Below, in pieces: positions 26,170 to 34,659 of a stretch of DNA of 64,000 bases. How positions within the stretch are numbered: the stretch's first letter is position 1; the number at the start of each line of letters is the position of its first letter. The notes under the pieces are model-generated. The model did not search any database. It had not been told where the DNA came from and saw only the letters and a program-made list of their open reading frames with translations. The stretch covers positions 792,730-856,729 of the forward strand of contig OZ255710.1 of assembly GCA_965277105.1 (NCBI GenBank), read 5' to 3'. The position numbers were made by a program, and so were the translations under genes. This DNA is from Spirochaetota bacterium. GTDB taxonomy: Bacteria; Spirochaetota; UBA12135; COTS27; CAXSBA01.

Positions 26170-26733
26170 TTAGCCAATTAGATTACTTTGTTTAATGAAG
26201 TTATCTAAAGCTAGTAAATTAACCTTAGACTTTTTCCCTTTGGCGTTAGTTTTTCTCTCTACTTCGTTAAAGCTCACATTAACGAGGAGGTTATTGATCC
26301 CATCCACGCCCCTTACTTTGCGCTCACCCAAACTAGTGATAATGAGATTCTCATTTTTTTCTTCATAACCAAATAAAGTCAACTTAGTTTTCTCGCTTTT
26401 CCATTTGTCTAAGCGCTCTTTTCTGCTAAGGGCCGTCAGTGGCGAGTCGTACAAGTTTTTATTAATAAGCGAATCGTAATAGTTTTTCAACGATAAAGTT
26501 TCACTAATCAGCCAACCACTTAAGTTGATTTTTTTACGCTTATCAATAATGAGGTTATTCTCGTTGTCCTCTTTCACCTCGCCAATGTTCGACACGTCAT
26601 TAGCCGAAAGCGAGTTGTAACTTTCAATGACGTTAAAAAACACACTCTCATAGCGGCCCCCTAACTTTTCTTCATTGACTAAGAAAACTAAAAAATTCTT
26701 GGACTTTAAATTCCTTCTAATGTTGGTGATCAT
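26170..26733 (-). CDS. Hypothetical tail protein downstream of tape-measure candidate
   Basis: 187 aa. Its ATG directly follows the TAA of the upstream reading frame (taaatg at 26731..26736). Confidence 0.3.
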   Translation of the reverse strand: MITNIRRNLKSKNFLVFLVNEEKLGGRYESVFFNVIESYNSLSANDVSNIGEVKEDNENNLIIDKRKKINLSGWLISETLSLKNYYDSLINKNLYDSPLTALSRKERLDKWKSEKTKLTLFGYEEKNENLIITSLGERKVRGVDGINNLLVNVSFNEVERKTNAKGKKSKVNLLALDNFIKQSNLIG

Positions 26734-27599
26734 TTACTTAGCCCCCTCACCAACTCCGCCATTGACTTCATTTTCGTTGCGGTTAAACGCCCCTTTCAGC
26801 CAACCAGCGAGGCCTCCTTCTCTATTCATTAGGTTAAGAATATCGCTAAGCTCAATCTTAGGAAATTTCTCTAAAAGCTCGTTTTTAAAGTTCGCTATTT
26901 CTTTCACGATAGCATCTTCAACGGTTTTGACAATAGGACTTAAAATCCCCTTCCCTTCAAAGCCGGAGCCACAATCTCTTGTTCTCCCTTGGTTATATTT
27001 TGAACGTTTTTCATAAATCCTCCGACCGAATCCTTACCGCCTTGGAAGAAGCTTACAAGATTATCAATAAAGCCTTTCGACCCTTTAGTTGCTAAACTAG
27101 GCAGAAAACTTTTTAATGATGGTAACTTAAGGTTTAATAAATCCTTAATCCCATTACCCAATTCTCCTTTAGCGTTCGTGAATATTTCTTTTAAGAAAGA
27201 AAACGGTTGAGAGTTTTTGCTAAAATAATTTTTTATCCCACTTAAAATACCATTGCCTTCACCAAAAAGTTTTTTAGGTAAATCAGTAAAACTCTTAAAC
27301 TTCTCTTTAAACGCCTCCATTAGCTTCTGCCAATCTTCGCCTACTCTTTCTTTCACTTCTTCTTTTTTTTCGTTGAAGTCATTTAAGAAGTTCTGGCTTT
27401 TTTCTTGGATTTCTTGCCAGATATTTTTCCCTAATTTTTCTTTACTTAAATCTTTTAGAAAAGCTAAGTTCCCTTTTAAATTTTCTTGGTTTATTGCAGA
27501 AAGTTGTTGATTGATTTCTTTTAACCAACCACTCTGCTCACCCGGCAACTTTAAGTTCATCGAAAAATCTTTTATTGCTAAATCTGCCATTGTTGTCAT
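26734..27599 (-). CDS. Tape-measure candidate, split into a 219-aa ORF plus a start-less ~90-codon ORF in the -1 frame
   Basis: Gly/Lys/Phe-rich low-complexity sequence in the position after the chaperone pair. ORF 26940..27599 stops at GRGF*. A second frame, open from ~27010 to TAA 26734..26736, reads ...GFEGKGILSPIVKTVEDAIVKEIANFKNELL...GAK and has no ATG giving 60 aa or more. Confidence 0.4.
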
Positions 27600-27823
27600 G
27601 ATAAATCCTCTAATTTTTGAGCCATCTTTCCCAACTCTTTAGGGGATCGCGAAAGCATAAAAGCCATGGAAGTTTGCAGCATCCGCTCTTGCTCTTTTTT
27701 TTTATAGGCCTTATAAAAATCCAAAAGCTCGGTTACGGTGATTTTATTAAAATCTTCCAATTTCACGACCCCACTAACGAGAAGTTCTTGCTTAATCTTT
27801 TTTATTGTTTGATAATGTTGCAA
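27596..27823 (-). CDS. Tail assembly chaperone, downstream/overlapping frame
   Basis: 75 aa with a TTG start, overlapping the upstream ORF by 32 nt in the +1 frame. It sits between tube and tape measure, the canonical G/GT (E/E') position. Confidence 0.45.
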   Translation of the reverse strand: MQHYQTIKKIKQELLVSGVVKLEDFNKITVTELLDFYKAYKKKEQERMLQTSMAFMLSRSPKELGKMAQKLEDLS

Positions 27824-28067
27824 TTTTCTCTTTTATCTCTTTATGGGTTCCAGTGATAATGTGCTTTTTAAGTTTTGCATTTTCTACTGCTACCTTATTC
27901 GTCGTAATAAAAATCCATAAAAAAGTTAATAAGAGCTCAATGTTTTCTTTACCAAAAACTTGGTTGCGATCTAACGCTTTGGTATCCCCCTCATCGTCTT
28001 CTTGCCAAACAAACCTAGTGGTTAAATCAACCACCGCATAGTGCATCAGCTTGCTGTAGTCTTGCAC
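27792..28067 (-). CDS. Tail assembly chaperone, upstream frame
   Basis: 91 aa, between tube and tape measure. It ends ...SNNKKD* across an A6 run (T6 on the plus strand, 27798..27803). Confidence 0.45.
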   Translation of the reverse strand: MQDYSKLMHYAVVDLTTRFVWQEDDEGDTKALDRNQVFGKENIELLLTFLWIFITTNKVAVENAKLKKHIITGTHKEIKEKIATLSNNKKD

Positions 28068-28240
28068 TTCTCCTCTACTATCTAAAATACCATACGCCGG
28101 CGAAATTATCTTTTCATACCTTTCGCAATCTAACTCTTTAACCCTTAAAATACAGCTGGCATTGCTCCCATTTTTCTTATAAAAAACCTACATGCTGGTC
28201 TTGTATCATTATGTAATCCTTTATTACTTGCTAACTTTGC

Positions 28241-28639
28241 CTAAGTTCCCGTTATCGTGTCGGCCTTAATAGTTACCGCCACTTGGGCACTCTCTCCTCC
28301 CGTTCTATCTAAACGCACTACTCGAGCTCCCGAACAAACCGTAGGAACTTTAATTCCTCCTCGTTTGAAACTAAGGACAAAAGTAGTGTCAGTTTCTTTT
28401 AACCCAAATAAAATATCAAAAGCTTTCGTGCCATCGAAAATGTTAAAATTCACTGTCCCGCTTTTATCGGCCATCGTCACATGCTGGGCTCCCCCGCCTG
28501 CTCCAATAACGATATTACTACCGTCAGAGGTCATAGTGATTGCCACATCTTGGTCGCCAAAATCTTTTCGATCGATTAAAAACCCATTGATGATTAAACT
28601 ATCTAAATGTTTTTTATAAATTGAAATTGAATTAGCCAT
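28241..28639 (-). CDS. Tail tube protein (candidate)
   Basis: 132 aa, beta-rich, immediately after the sheath-sized gene. The call is from size and order. Confidence 0.5.
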   Translation of the reverse strand: MANSISIYKKHLDSLIINGFLIDRKDFGDQDVAITMTSDGSNIVIGAGGGAQHVTMADKSGTVNFNIFDGTKAFDILFGLKETDTTFVLSFKRGGIKVPTVCSGARVVRLDRTGGESAQVAVTIKADTITGT

Positions 28640-28650
28640 GGTTTACTCCT

Positions 28651-29613
28651 TTAATTTTCTATGATTATGTTAGCCGTTATTTTTTCTACGCTACCAGCTA
28701 AAGCAAAATTGACATGAACTCTTACTAACCTATTGTTTTTATCGTCATCGGTTTGACTATCGAAATCGGGAATATTGATCTCGTAATCGTATTTTTCTCC
28801 GTTGATGTTACGAACAATTCCTTCTTGCCCTAAGGACTGGAAGGCGTCGATAAGGACACTTTCTATTTTAAAAAAGCCTGTGGCATCATAACTAACCCTT
28901 TTATCATTTAACAGCAAAGCCTTCAGCTTGTTTTTTAAATTCTGTCTGATATAATCTTTAGCATAAAGCTTATCGATATGCTCTCCTTGAGAGTTAATCC
29001 CGGTCCCACTGTAATAGTTGCTGCCGTCCACGTAAAAAACATTAATCTTGTCATTTTTTAACTCATTTAAGTTGTTAAAAATACTTGGCTTATAATTGAT
29101 TAGTCGATTAGCCCAAGTAGATTGGGGAAAATTTGCTAAACAATTACTCACCCATACCCCGATGACCTCGACTTTATTCCTCACATATACCAACCGGTTG
29201 TTTTCATAGTGGTCTTGTGTTTTCCCTTCTGTTTGCTGGAACACTAACCCAGTATCTCCTAAAACATTTTCCACAACCTGCTTAGCATCTAAACTTTCGT
29301 CTAAAAGGACAGTAGCATAAATCGCGTTATCCCCTAAAGCTTTTTTAAGCTCCTGGTCGTAGTCTGCTTTATACTTAGCGTAATACACTTCTTCTAGTTT
29401 AACGTCTTCGCTAAAGATAGCGTTTAAAGTGTTTTTAGCTTTCTCGCTTAAAGCGTCTAACTTATCGGTTCCCTTATCGTTAATCGTATAAGTTTTTGTT
29501 TCGAAGCTACCATCGGTTGCTGTTTCTTTGTCTAATAGTAATAAATTTCTCGCACTAGCACTAGGTTGATACTCATTATTAATATTGATATTAATCATTG
29601 TTAAAGAACTCAT
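28651..29613 (-). CDS. Contractile tail sheath protein (candidate)
   Basis: The ORF opens at 29658, but aaaggagaaacaATG places the start at 29613 (MSSLTMINI..., 320 aa). It is the largest structural gene directly upstream of the tube-sized gene. The call is from order and size, and I do not see a diagnostic motif. Confidence 0.55.
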   Translation of the reverse strand: MSSLTMINININNEYQPSASARNLLLLDKETATDGSFETKTYTINDKGTDKLDALSEKAKNTLNAIFSEDVKLEEVYYAKYKADYDQELKKALGDNAIYATVLLDESLDAKQVVENVLGDTGLVFQQTEGKTQDHYENNRLVYVRNKVEVIGVWVSNCLANFPQSTWANRLINYKPSIFNNLNELKNDKINVFYVDGSNYYSGTGINSQGEHIDKLYAKDYIRQNLKNKLKALLLNDKRVSYDATGFFKIESVLIDAFQSLGQEGIVRNINGEKYDYEINIPDFDSQTDDDKNNRLVRVHVNFALAGSVEKITANIIIEN

Positions 29614-29635
29614 TGTTTCTCCTTTAATTTTTTTT

Positions 29636-30079
29636 TCATTTTTTTTCTTTGATAACAAGCTCGTTGTTATAATTGATGTTTTCTATTTTTTCTTTACTAA
29701 ATTGATTTTTTCTAAAATATTTTATTCCTAAGGTCAAAGTTCTAAAAGGGAGGAAGTCGTCCTTATACCCCATAGTGCCTAGGTCTTTTACTTCGACCAC
29801 GCAATCAGAGTAATTAGTCTCATCGAAATAATTTTTTATTTTAAAAACTAATTCATCTAATTCTTCATGGGCACTAATATCTTTGTCTCGGCCAATAACT
29901 TCCAAGCTCACCCTTTCATAGATGCGATATTCGGCGGTGCTATACCAATCATCCATTCCCACTAATCGCCAAATAAGATTAATGGCTTCACCTTTGATGA
30001 CCTCTCCGGTAACGTGATAGGCAATGTCATCGTTAACTAAGTAATCTTTTAAACGTTGATTAATTGCAATTAATTTCAT
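29636..30079 (-). CDS. Hypothetical neck/tail-completion protein
   Basis: 147 aa, immediately upstream of the sheath. Position only. Confidence 0.3.
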   Translation of the reverse strand: MKLIAINQRLKDYLVNDDIAYHVTGEVIKGEAINLIWRLVGMDDWYSTAEYRIYERVSLEVIGRDKDISAHEELDELVFKIKNYFDETNYSDCVVEVKDLGTMGYKDDFLPFRTLTLGIKYFRKNQFSKEKIENINYNNELVIKEKK

Positions 30080-30203
30080 TTTTTTTTTTAACTTTATTTT
30101 TTAATTTTTAAGTACTTACTTTCATTTGATTAAAATCGATGAGCTAGCGCTCTCGCCATCTTCGATATTCGCTCAAACTTTTCTTTTTGTAATTTTTCTA
30201 TTT

Positions 30204-30428
30204 TCATTTCTCTTGCCTTTTTTGCTTTTTTTTAGCAGTGGTTTTTTTGTTGGTGGTAATTTTTCTCTCAGCAACTTTTTTCGCTAATGGCTTTGTTGGC
30301 TTAACGATTAATCCACTAATTTTTTTCCCGGCAATTTTTAAGTATTGCCCAATTTTTTTGAAAGCAGAAATAATTCAATAAAAAAACTGCCTTATAGAAA
30401 CTTTTTTAAAAAACTTCATTGACTTCAT
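30204..30428 (-). pseudogene. Small Lys-rich ORF with in-frame TGA (17 + 56 codons), translationally coupled to the portal-like gene
   Basis: ATG 30428..30426 overlaps the portal-like TGA (ATGA). The product reads MKSMKFFKKVSIRQFFY-TGA(30375..30377)-IISAFKKIGQYLKIAGKK...KKQKRQEK. Its stop overlaps another 25-codon ORF start (ATGA). Confidence 0.3.
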
Positions 30429-31577
30429 CTTAACGTTACTCCTTTTAAATTATTTTTGGCTTGCTCTAAACTTATGACTTCTTTCTCCAAAAGCTCCAAC
30501 ACCATACTATTGTGGAGTTTGATTTTTTCCACGTCTTCTTTGGTTTCGTGGTTGAAGCTATTGAAAATTATCTGGTAGTCCGTTTTTCGCTTGCCTAAAA
30601 AAATCTTGATAAACTTTTCAATAATAGGTTTTATCTGGTACTCGCGAAAGGTATTCATATCACGCATAAAGTTCTCGACGTCTATTTTTTTGCCGGCTCC
30701 TAGGTTGTGCCCTCTGTTCTCTTCCCCAAAGATAATGCTTTTCGGAACCCCCGTGATGGCCGAGTGAATGTCTTTGATGCCGTCGATGAAGTGGTGAAAG
30801 TTAGTATGGACGTTGAAGTTGTGAATCTTATCAGCTTCTGGGGTAATGACGATATTCCCGGCTTTGATTTTATCGAGCATTACAGCCACCGCCTGCCTAA
30901 TCTTACCGGCTAAGTTCTGGTTAATGTTCTTGTCGTTGTAATGTTTGGATTGGTAAACTAGCGCCCCTTCGAGCTCTAAAAGCTTATCAGCTCGATGGAG
31001 GAGTTTTTCCACAATTTCCGAGTAAGGATAAATCTTCTCGGCGAAAGAAAACTGGCTATTGGGGTAAAGGTTGATCAGGCCATAACGACTAGGAGAGATT
31101 TCCTTGGGACCTCTTGCGATTTCTACTTTTACTTTTTTGATATTGTAGCGCTTATTGAAAATGTCTTTGGGGTTAAGTTTTTCTTGAATGAGATAATCCC
31201 CACTAAAAACATTGATATCCTGAAGTTGACCAATAGTGCCTTTCCTAAAAAACCCACCTACGAAAAAAACCACCGCTCCTCTTTTCGATACCAGCGAAAG
31301 TTGAATGGCTTCAAGTAAGTTTTTTTTCTAATTGAAAATGCTTGGCATACGCCTCAAAATCTTTGTCCAACTCCGCGGCAGCAAAACGTACGACAAAACC
31401 TCGAGCATAAAGGGAAGTGGTTATCGTATTGATCACCCGTAAGACTAAAGCATTGCCCACATCTTCTAAACTTCTAATCGTAGGATAAAAAACCTTTTGA
31501 TTATTCACATCGTCAAAGTAATCTAAATCAAAAGCGTTAGTTTTTTTGCCGTTTAATAAGTTAGCGATTATTCCCAT
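30425..31577 (-). pseudogene. Portal-like protein split at a homopolymer
   Basis: ORFs 31311..31577 and 30425..31273 belong together. The downstream frame is open back into the A8 run (T8 on the plus strand, 31320..31327), and removing one A gives one ~383-aa protein. LINLYPNSQFSFAEKIYP and HSAITGVPKSIIFG resemble the HK97-type portal motifs (LL..PNP....F; fGVP..ll). The family call is tentative. Confidence 0.45.
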
Positions 31578-31616
31578 TTTTTTCCTTTTTTATTTTTAAT
31601 CCTTTTCTAAATATTT

Positions 31617-32123
31617 TTAAACCTTAACGATGCCTTGATTGGCCATTTGACTAACTCGAGTGCTTTTTTCATCAGCCTTTAGCTCGGTTAAAAAACGAGA
31701 AAATTCTTTATTTACTTTTTTCACAAATAGTTGCTTTACTCTTTTTTTATACTCTAATTCTTTAAGCTTGATCTCCTAACCGAGTTTATTATTTTTTAAT
31801 TCTGCATCAATTGCCATAGTTACCATACATCATTTTGTTTTTTAGAGAAGCGAAGTTATCAACTAAAAGTTTGATTTTTTCTAAGCACTTGGTGAGCAAT
31901 TTGGATGAATAGCAGGATAGTAAAAACCTCCCTTTAATCTCTTTAGTGGCTTCCGCTCGCCCATGCCGGCAATAATTTTGAGTTTTTCGTCAAGCAAGAT
32001 AGGGGATTTAAAACCAAAATGTTCAATAGATTTTTTTATCTGCTTTATTTGGCGAGATGAGTGCATCCGAGTATTTTGCTTATAGTTTTGGATTTTTTCG
32101 AGTTTTATTTTAATTATTTTCAT
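31617..32123 (-). pseudogene. Decayed ParB-like (nuclease/methylase N-terminal domain) gene and adjoining remnant ORF
   Basis: KIKLEKIQNYKQNTRMHSSRQIKQIKKSIEHFGFKSPILLDEKLKIIAG is a ParB-N-like motif. The expected GHGR continues only in another frame (HGRAEATKEIKG...). The following 67-codon ORF (31617..31817) carries an in-frame TAG at 31776..31778. Confidence 0.5.
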
Positions 32124-32316
32124 AAAAAAAATTAATTTTCAATAGGTTTTTCACTAAAAAAATTCGTCCAAATATCGTCCAAAAAAACCGAATTAATATT
32201 ATTTATATTTTCCACCTATGTTTATTTTGCTCAGGATTTATAAGTTTTGTTGGTTTTTGTTGCCGAATATAGCCAGATTAAGCTATATTGGGGAAGTAGA
32301 AGTCTGCTTGTGGGAA

Positions 32317-33381
32317 CTACAAAGTTATACTTTTAGTAGATTGCTTATCAAAAAAATATAATTCTTTTTCGTCGAAAGTAATATTAATTTTTTGGCTAAC
32401 TTTTAGATTTTCTAATTCCTTAACTTTAAGAATAAAAGTTCCTAATGAAGAAACATCTAAATAAATAAAACTCTCTGATCCTAGATACTCAATAACTTTA
32501 ATTGTTCCTTGAAGATGCTTAGTTTTAGCGGTAGCTATTTTTAAATGCTCTGGCCGAATGCCTAGCAAAAGATCTTTTCCTTCCTGCAAGTATTTTTTTA
32601 TTTTTTTTAAGACTATGGAATTTTTAGGGAAATCGATAACCTTATCATCCCAAGGGAAAATATTCATTTTAGGACTACCGATAAACTCCGCCACAAATAA
32701 ATTTTCTGGTTTCTCGTAAACTTCTTTTGGAGTTCCTATCTGCACAATTTCTCCTGCTTGAAGAATTACTATTTTATCGGCCAAAGTCATTGCCTCAATT
32801 TGGTCATGAGTAACGTAAATCATAGTGGTTTTTAAAGCTTGATGAAGACTGGCTATCTCATAACGCATTTCTCCTCTAAGGGCTGCATCTAAATTAGAAA
32901 GTGGTTCATCGAAAAGGAAGCCCCGGGGATTTCTCACAATAGACCTACCGATAGCCACCCTTTGACGTTGTCCTCCAGAAAGCTCTTTAGGATAACGGGT
33001 TAGCAAATTATCCAGCTTTAAAATATTAGCTGCTTTATTTACCCTAGCATTAATTTCAAGAGTAGGGAGTTTAGCTGTCTTTAAAGCAAAGCTTAGATTC
33101 TTCTTTACGTTCATATGGGGATAGAGAGCGTAGGATTGAAAAACCATCGACAACTTTCTCACATAGGCTGGATAAGACGTTACTTCCTGGTTGTCAATAA
33201 AAATACTCCCCGAGCTAACATCTTCCAAACCAGCAATAATTCTTAAAAGAGTAGATTTTCCGCAACCCGAAGGGCCGACGAAAACAAAAAAACTGCCATC
33301 GTTAATTTCTAAATTAATATTTTTTAAGACCTGAGTTTGATTAAAAAATTTCTCAACTTTTTCTAATTTTATTTTTGCCAT
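32317..33381 (-). CDS. Sugar ABC transporter ATP-binding protein (MalK/UgpC/MsmX type)
   Basis: Walker A GPSGCGKST, signature LSGGQRQRVAIGR, Walker B FLFDEPLSNLD, and a C-terminal TOBE-like regulatory domain. Confidence 0.9.
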   Translation of the reverse strand: MAKIKLEKVEKFFNQTQVLKNINLEINDGSFFVFVGPSGCGKSTLLRIIAGLEDVSSGSIFIDNQEVTSYPAYVRKLSMVFQSYALYPHMNVKKNLSFALKTAKLPTLEINARVNKAANILKLDNLLTRYPKELSGGQRQRVAIGRSIVRNPRGFLFDEPLSNLDAALRGEMRYEIASLHQALKTTMIYVTHDQIEAMTLADKIVILQAGEIVQIGTPKEVYEKPENLFVAEFIGSPKMNIFPWDDKVIDFPKNSIVLKKIKKYLQEGKDLLLGIRPEHLKIATAKTKHLQGTIKVIEYLGSESFIYLDVSSLGTFILKVKELENLKVSQKINITFDEKELYFFDKQSTKSITL

Positions 33382-33385
33382 TTTT

Positions 33386-34642
33386 TCACACTATATTTTT
33401 TAAATTCCAAATCAAATAAATGGCAGAAGTCCAAGAAAAATCATTTCCCCCCAAACCCTTGCCATTTAGCGGATTAAAATATTCATAAAAACCAAATTTT
33501 TCGACTAGTTCTTTTGATTGTTTTTGTAACGCTTCAGCTTCTTCTAAATAACCATTTTCTTTAAGCCCTAGGGCAATTAAAAAGTTCATAACCAACCAAG
33601 ATGGCCCTCGCCAATATCTTTCCGGTTCAAACTTATTGTGTTGAGGGGAAAAACTAGGAAACCCGTAACGAACGTCTTGCATAACATTTTGATAATGCCT
33701 TAGCATAATTTTTTTTTTAGTCTTTATCCCTGCATAAAAACATAAGAAAGCAGAACTATCAATCCCATCGGAAAATTGATTAGTTTTTACATTTTTGGTG
33801 GTAAAGCAAGCGATTTTTTTATTCCATAAATTCTCTATATTCTCTTCGGTTAGTTTTATCCAGTTAGTTATGATAGTTACAGCTTTTTCATCTTGATATT
33901 TTTTAGCTAAAAACAAAAGATCGCGATTAGCTCTAAGCAAAATAAAAGTAACTCCTGGATCTAAAACTTTGAAAGGGCCTTTTTCAATAGCAGAAGACTT
34001 CCAATTATTTTTCTTACCGTAACCTAAAATAGTGAGATAGCGGTCATAATCAATTGGTTGGGGGCGTTGTTTTTTATTAACTATTTTGGTATCTTTTCTC
34101 GAATATTTTTTTAAGTCTTTAGCTACCACCACTTCATCTAAACCTACATCAAAAGCGGGGCTATTGTCCCTCCCCGACTCCCACGGATGAGCAAGAAAAA
34201 TCATTTTACTCTCTTGGTCAAGCCGATTAGTAAACCACCACTTGTGCCACTTAAGGGTTTTTTTATAAAGCTTGTAGCCTAATTTATTATTATCATCTTG
34301 CCGAATTAAAAGCCTTAAAAAAGTAGCTAAAATAGGAGGTTGAGAATAGCAAGAAGTAGGAATGGTTGTAGGAGAAGCCCAAAATTTAGGGCCAGGAAAA
34401 TAATCGGGAATGTTTTTTCTAAAAATAATATGCGGAATCATTCCATTTTTCCATTGCCCTTCGACAAGGCTTTCTAACTCTTGCCAAGCCTTAGGCAAAT
34501 CAAAGTAAGCATACCCTAAAGCACAAAAAACTGAATCCCAATTCCACTGATAAGGGTAGAGTTTTTTGCTAGGGATGGTGTACTTTCCTTGGTAGTTACC
34601 CAATAATATTTCTTGGGCTTTTTGATTTAAATCTTTTTTCAT
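33386..34642 (-). CDS. GH63-like (alpha/alpha)6 glycoside hydrolase (glucosyl-/mannosylglycerate hydrolase-like)
   Basis: YPYQWNWDSVFCALGY, AHPWESGRDNSPAFD, YWRGPSWLVMNFL and FYEYFNPLNGKGLGGNDFSWTSAI match motifs I associate with MGH/GgH-type GH63 enzymes. Substrate is not determinable. Confidence 0.6.
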   Translation of the reverse strand: MKKDLNQKAQEILLGNYQGKYTIPSKKLYPYQWNWDSVFCALGYAYFDLPKAWQELESLVEGQWKNGMIPHIIFRKNIPDYFPGPKFWASPTTIPTSCYSQPPILATFLRLLIRQDDNNKLGYKLYKKTLKWHKWWFTNRLDQESKMIFLAHPWESGRDNSPAFDVGLDEVVVAKDLKKYSRKDTKIVNKKQRPQPIDYDRYLTILGYGKKNNWKSSAIEKGPFKVLDPGVTFILLRANRDLLFLAKKYQDEKAVTIITNWIKLTEENIENLWNKKIACFTTKNVKTNQFSDGIDSSAFLCFYAGIKTKKKIMLRHYQNVMQDVRYGFPSFSPQHNKFEPERYWRGPSWLVMNFLIALGLKENGYLEEAEALQKQSKELVEKFGFYEYFNPLNGKGLGGNDFSWTSAIYLIWNLKNIV

Positions 34643-34659
34643 ATTACTTTTTGTTTTTT

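Larger units (their letters stand above)
17270..32123 (-). mobile_element. Head-less myovirus-type tail + lysis gene cluster (tailocin-like element or decayed prophage)
   Basis: Co-linear minus-strand block: ParB-like remnant, broken portal-like gene, sheath, tube, chaperone pair, tape-measure candidate, baseplate, two fibres, then holin-like genes, an M15 endolysin and membrane proteins. Only ~0.8 kb separates the portal-like gene from the sheath, so there is no room for capsid or protease. No terminase is present. Confidence 0.7.
5691..32314. mobile_element. tRNA-Thr-associated genomic island bounded by an 11-bp direct repeat (no integrase found inside)
   Basis: ctgcttgtggg forms the 3' T-stem/acceptor part of the tRNA (5691..5701). 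It recurs in direct orientation at 32304..32314, immediately beside the first core gene (ABC ATPase). Everything between is accessory: the lipoprotein array, the cyclase and phage genes. Confidence 0.55.

Noticed and set aside
30375-31778. In-frame TGA (30375..30377) and TAG (31776..31778; also ATG-AGT-TAG at ~1594) as evidence for stop-codon reassignment.
   Set aside because: TGA, TAG and TAA all terminate well-conserved genes at the expected positions elsewhere in the window (e.g. the SDR at 54336..54338 ends in TGA; the portal-like gene ends in TGA). The long tail genes contain no internal stops. Local decay is the simpler explanation.
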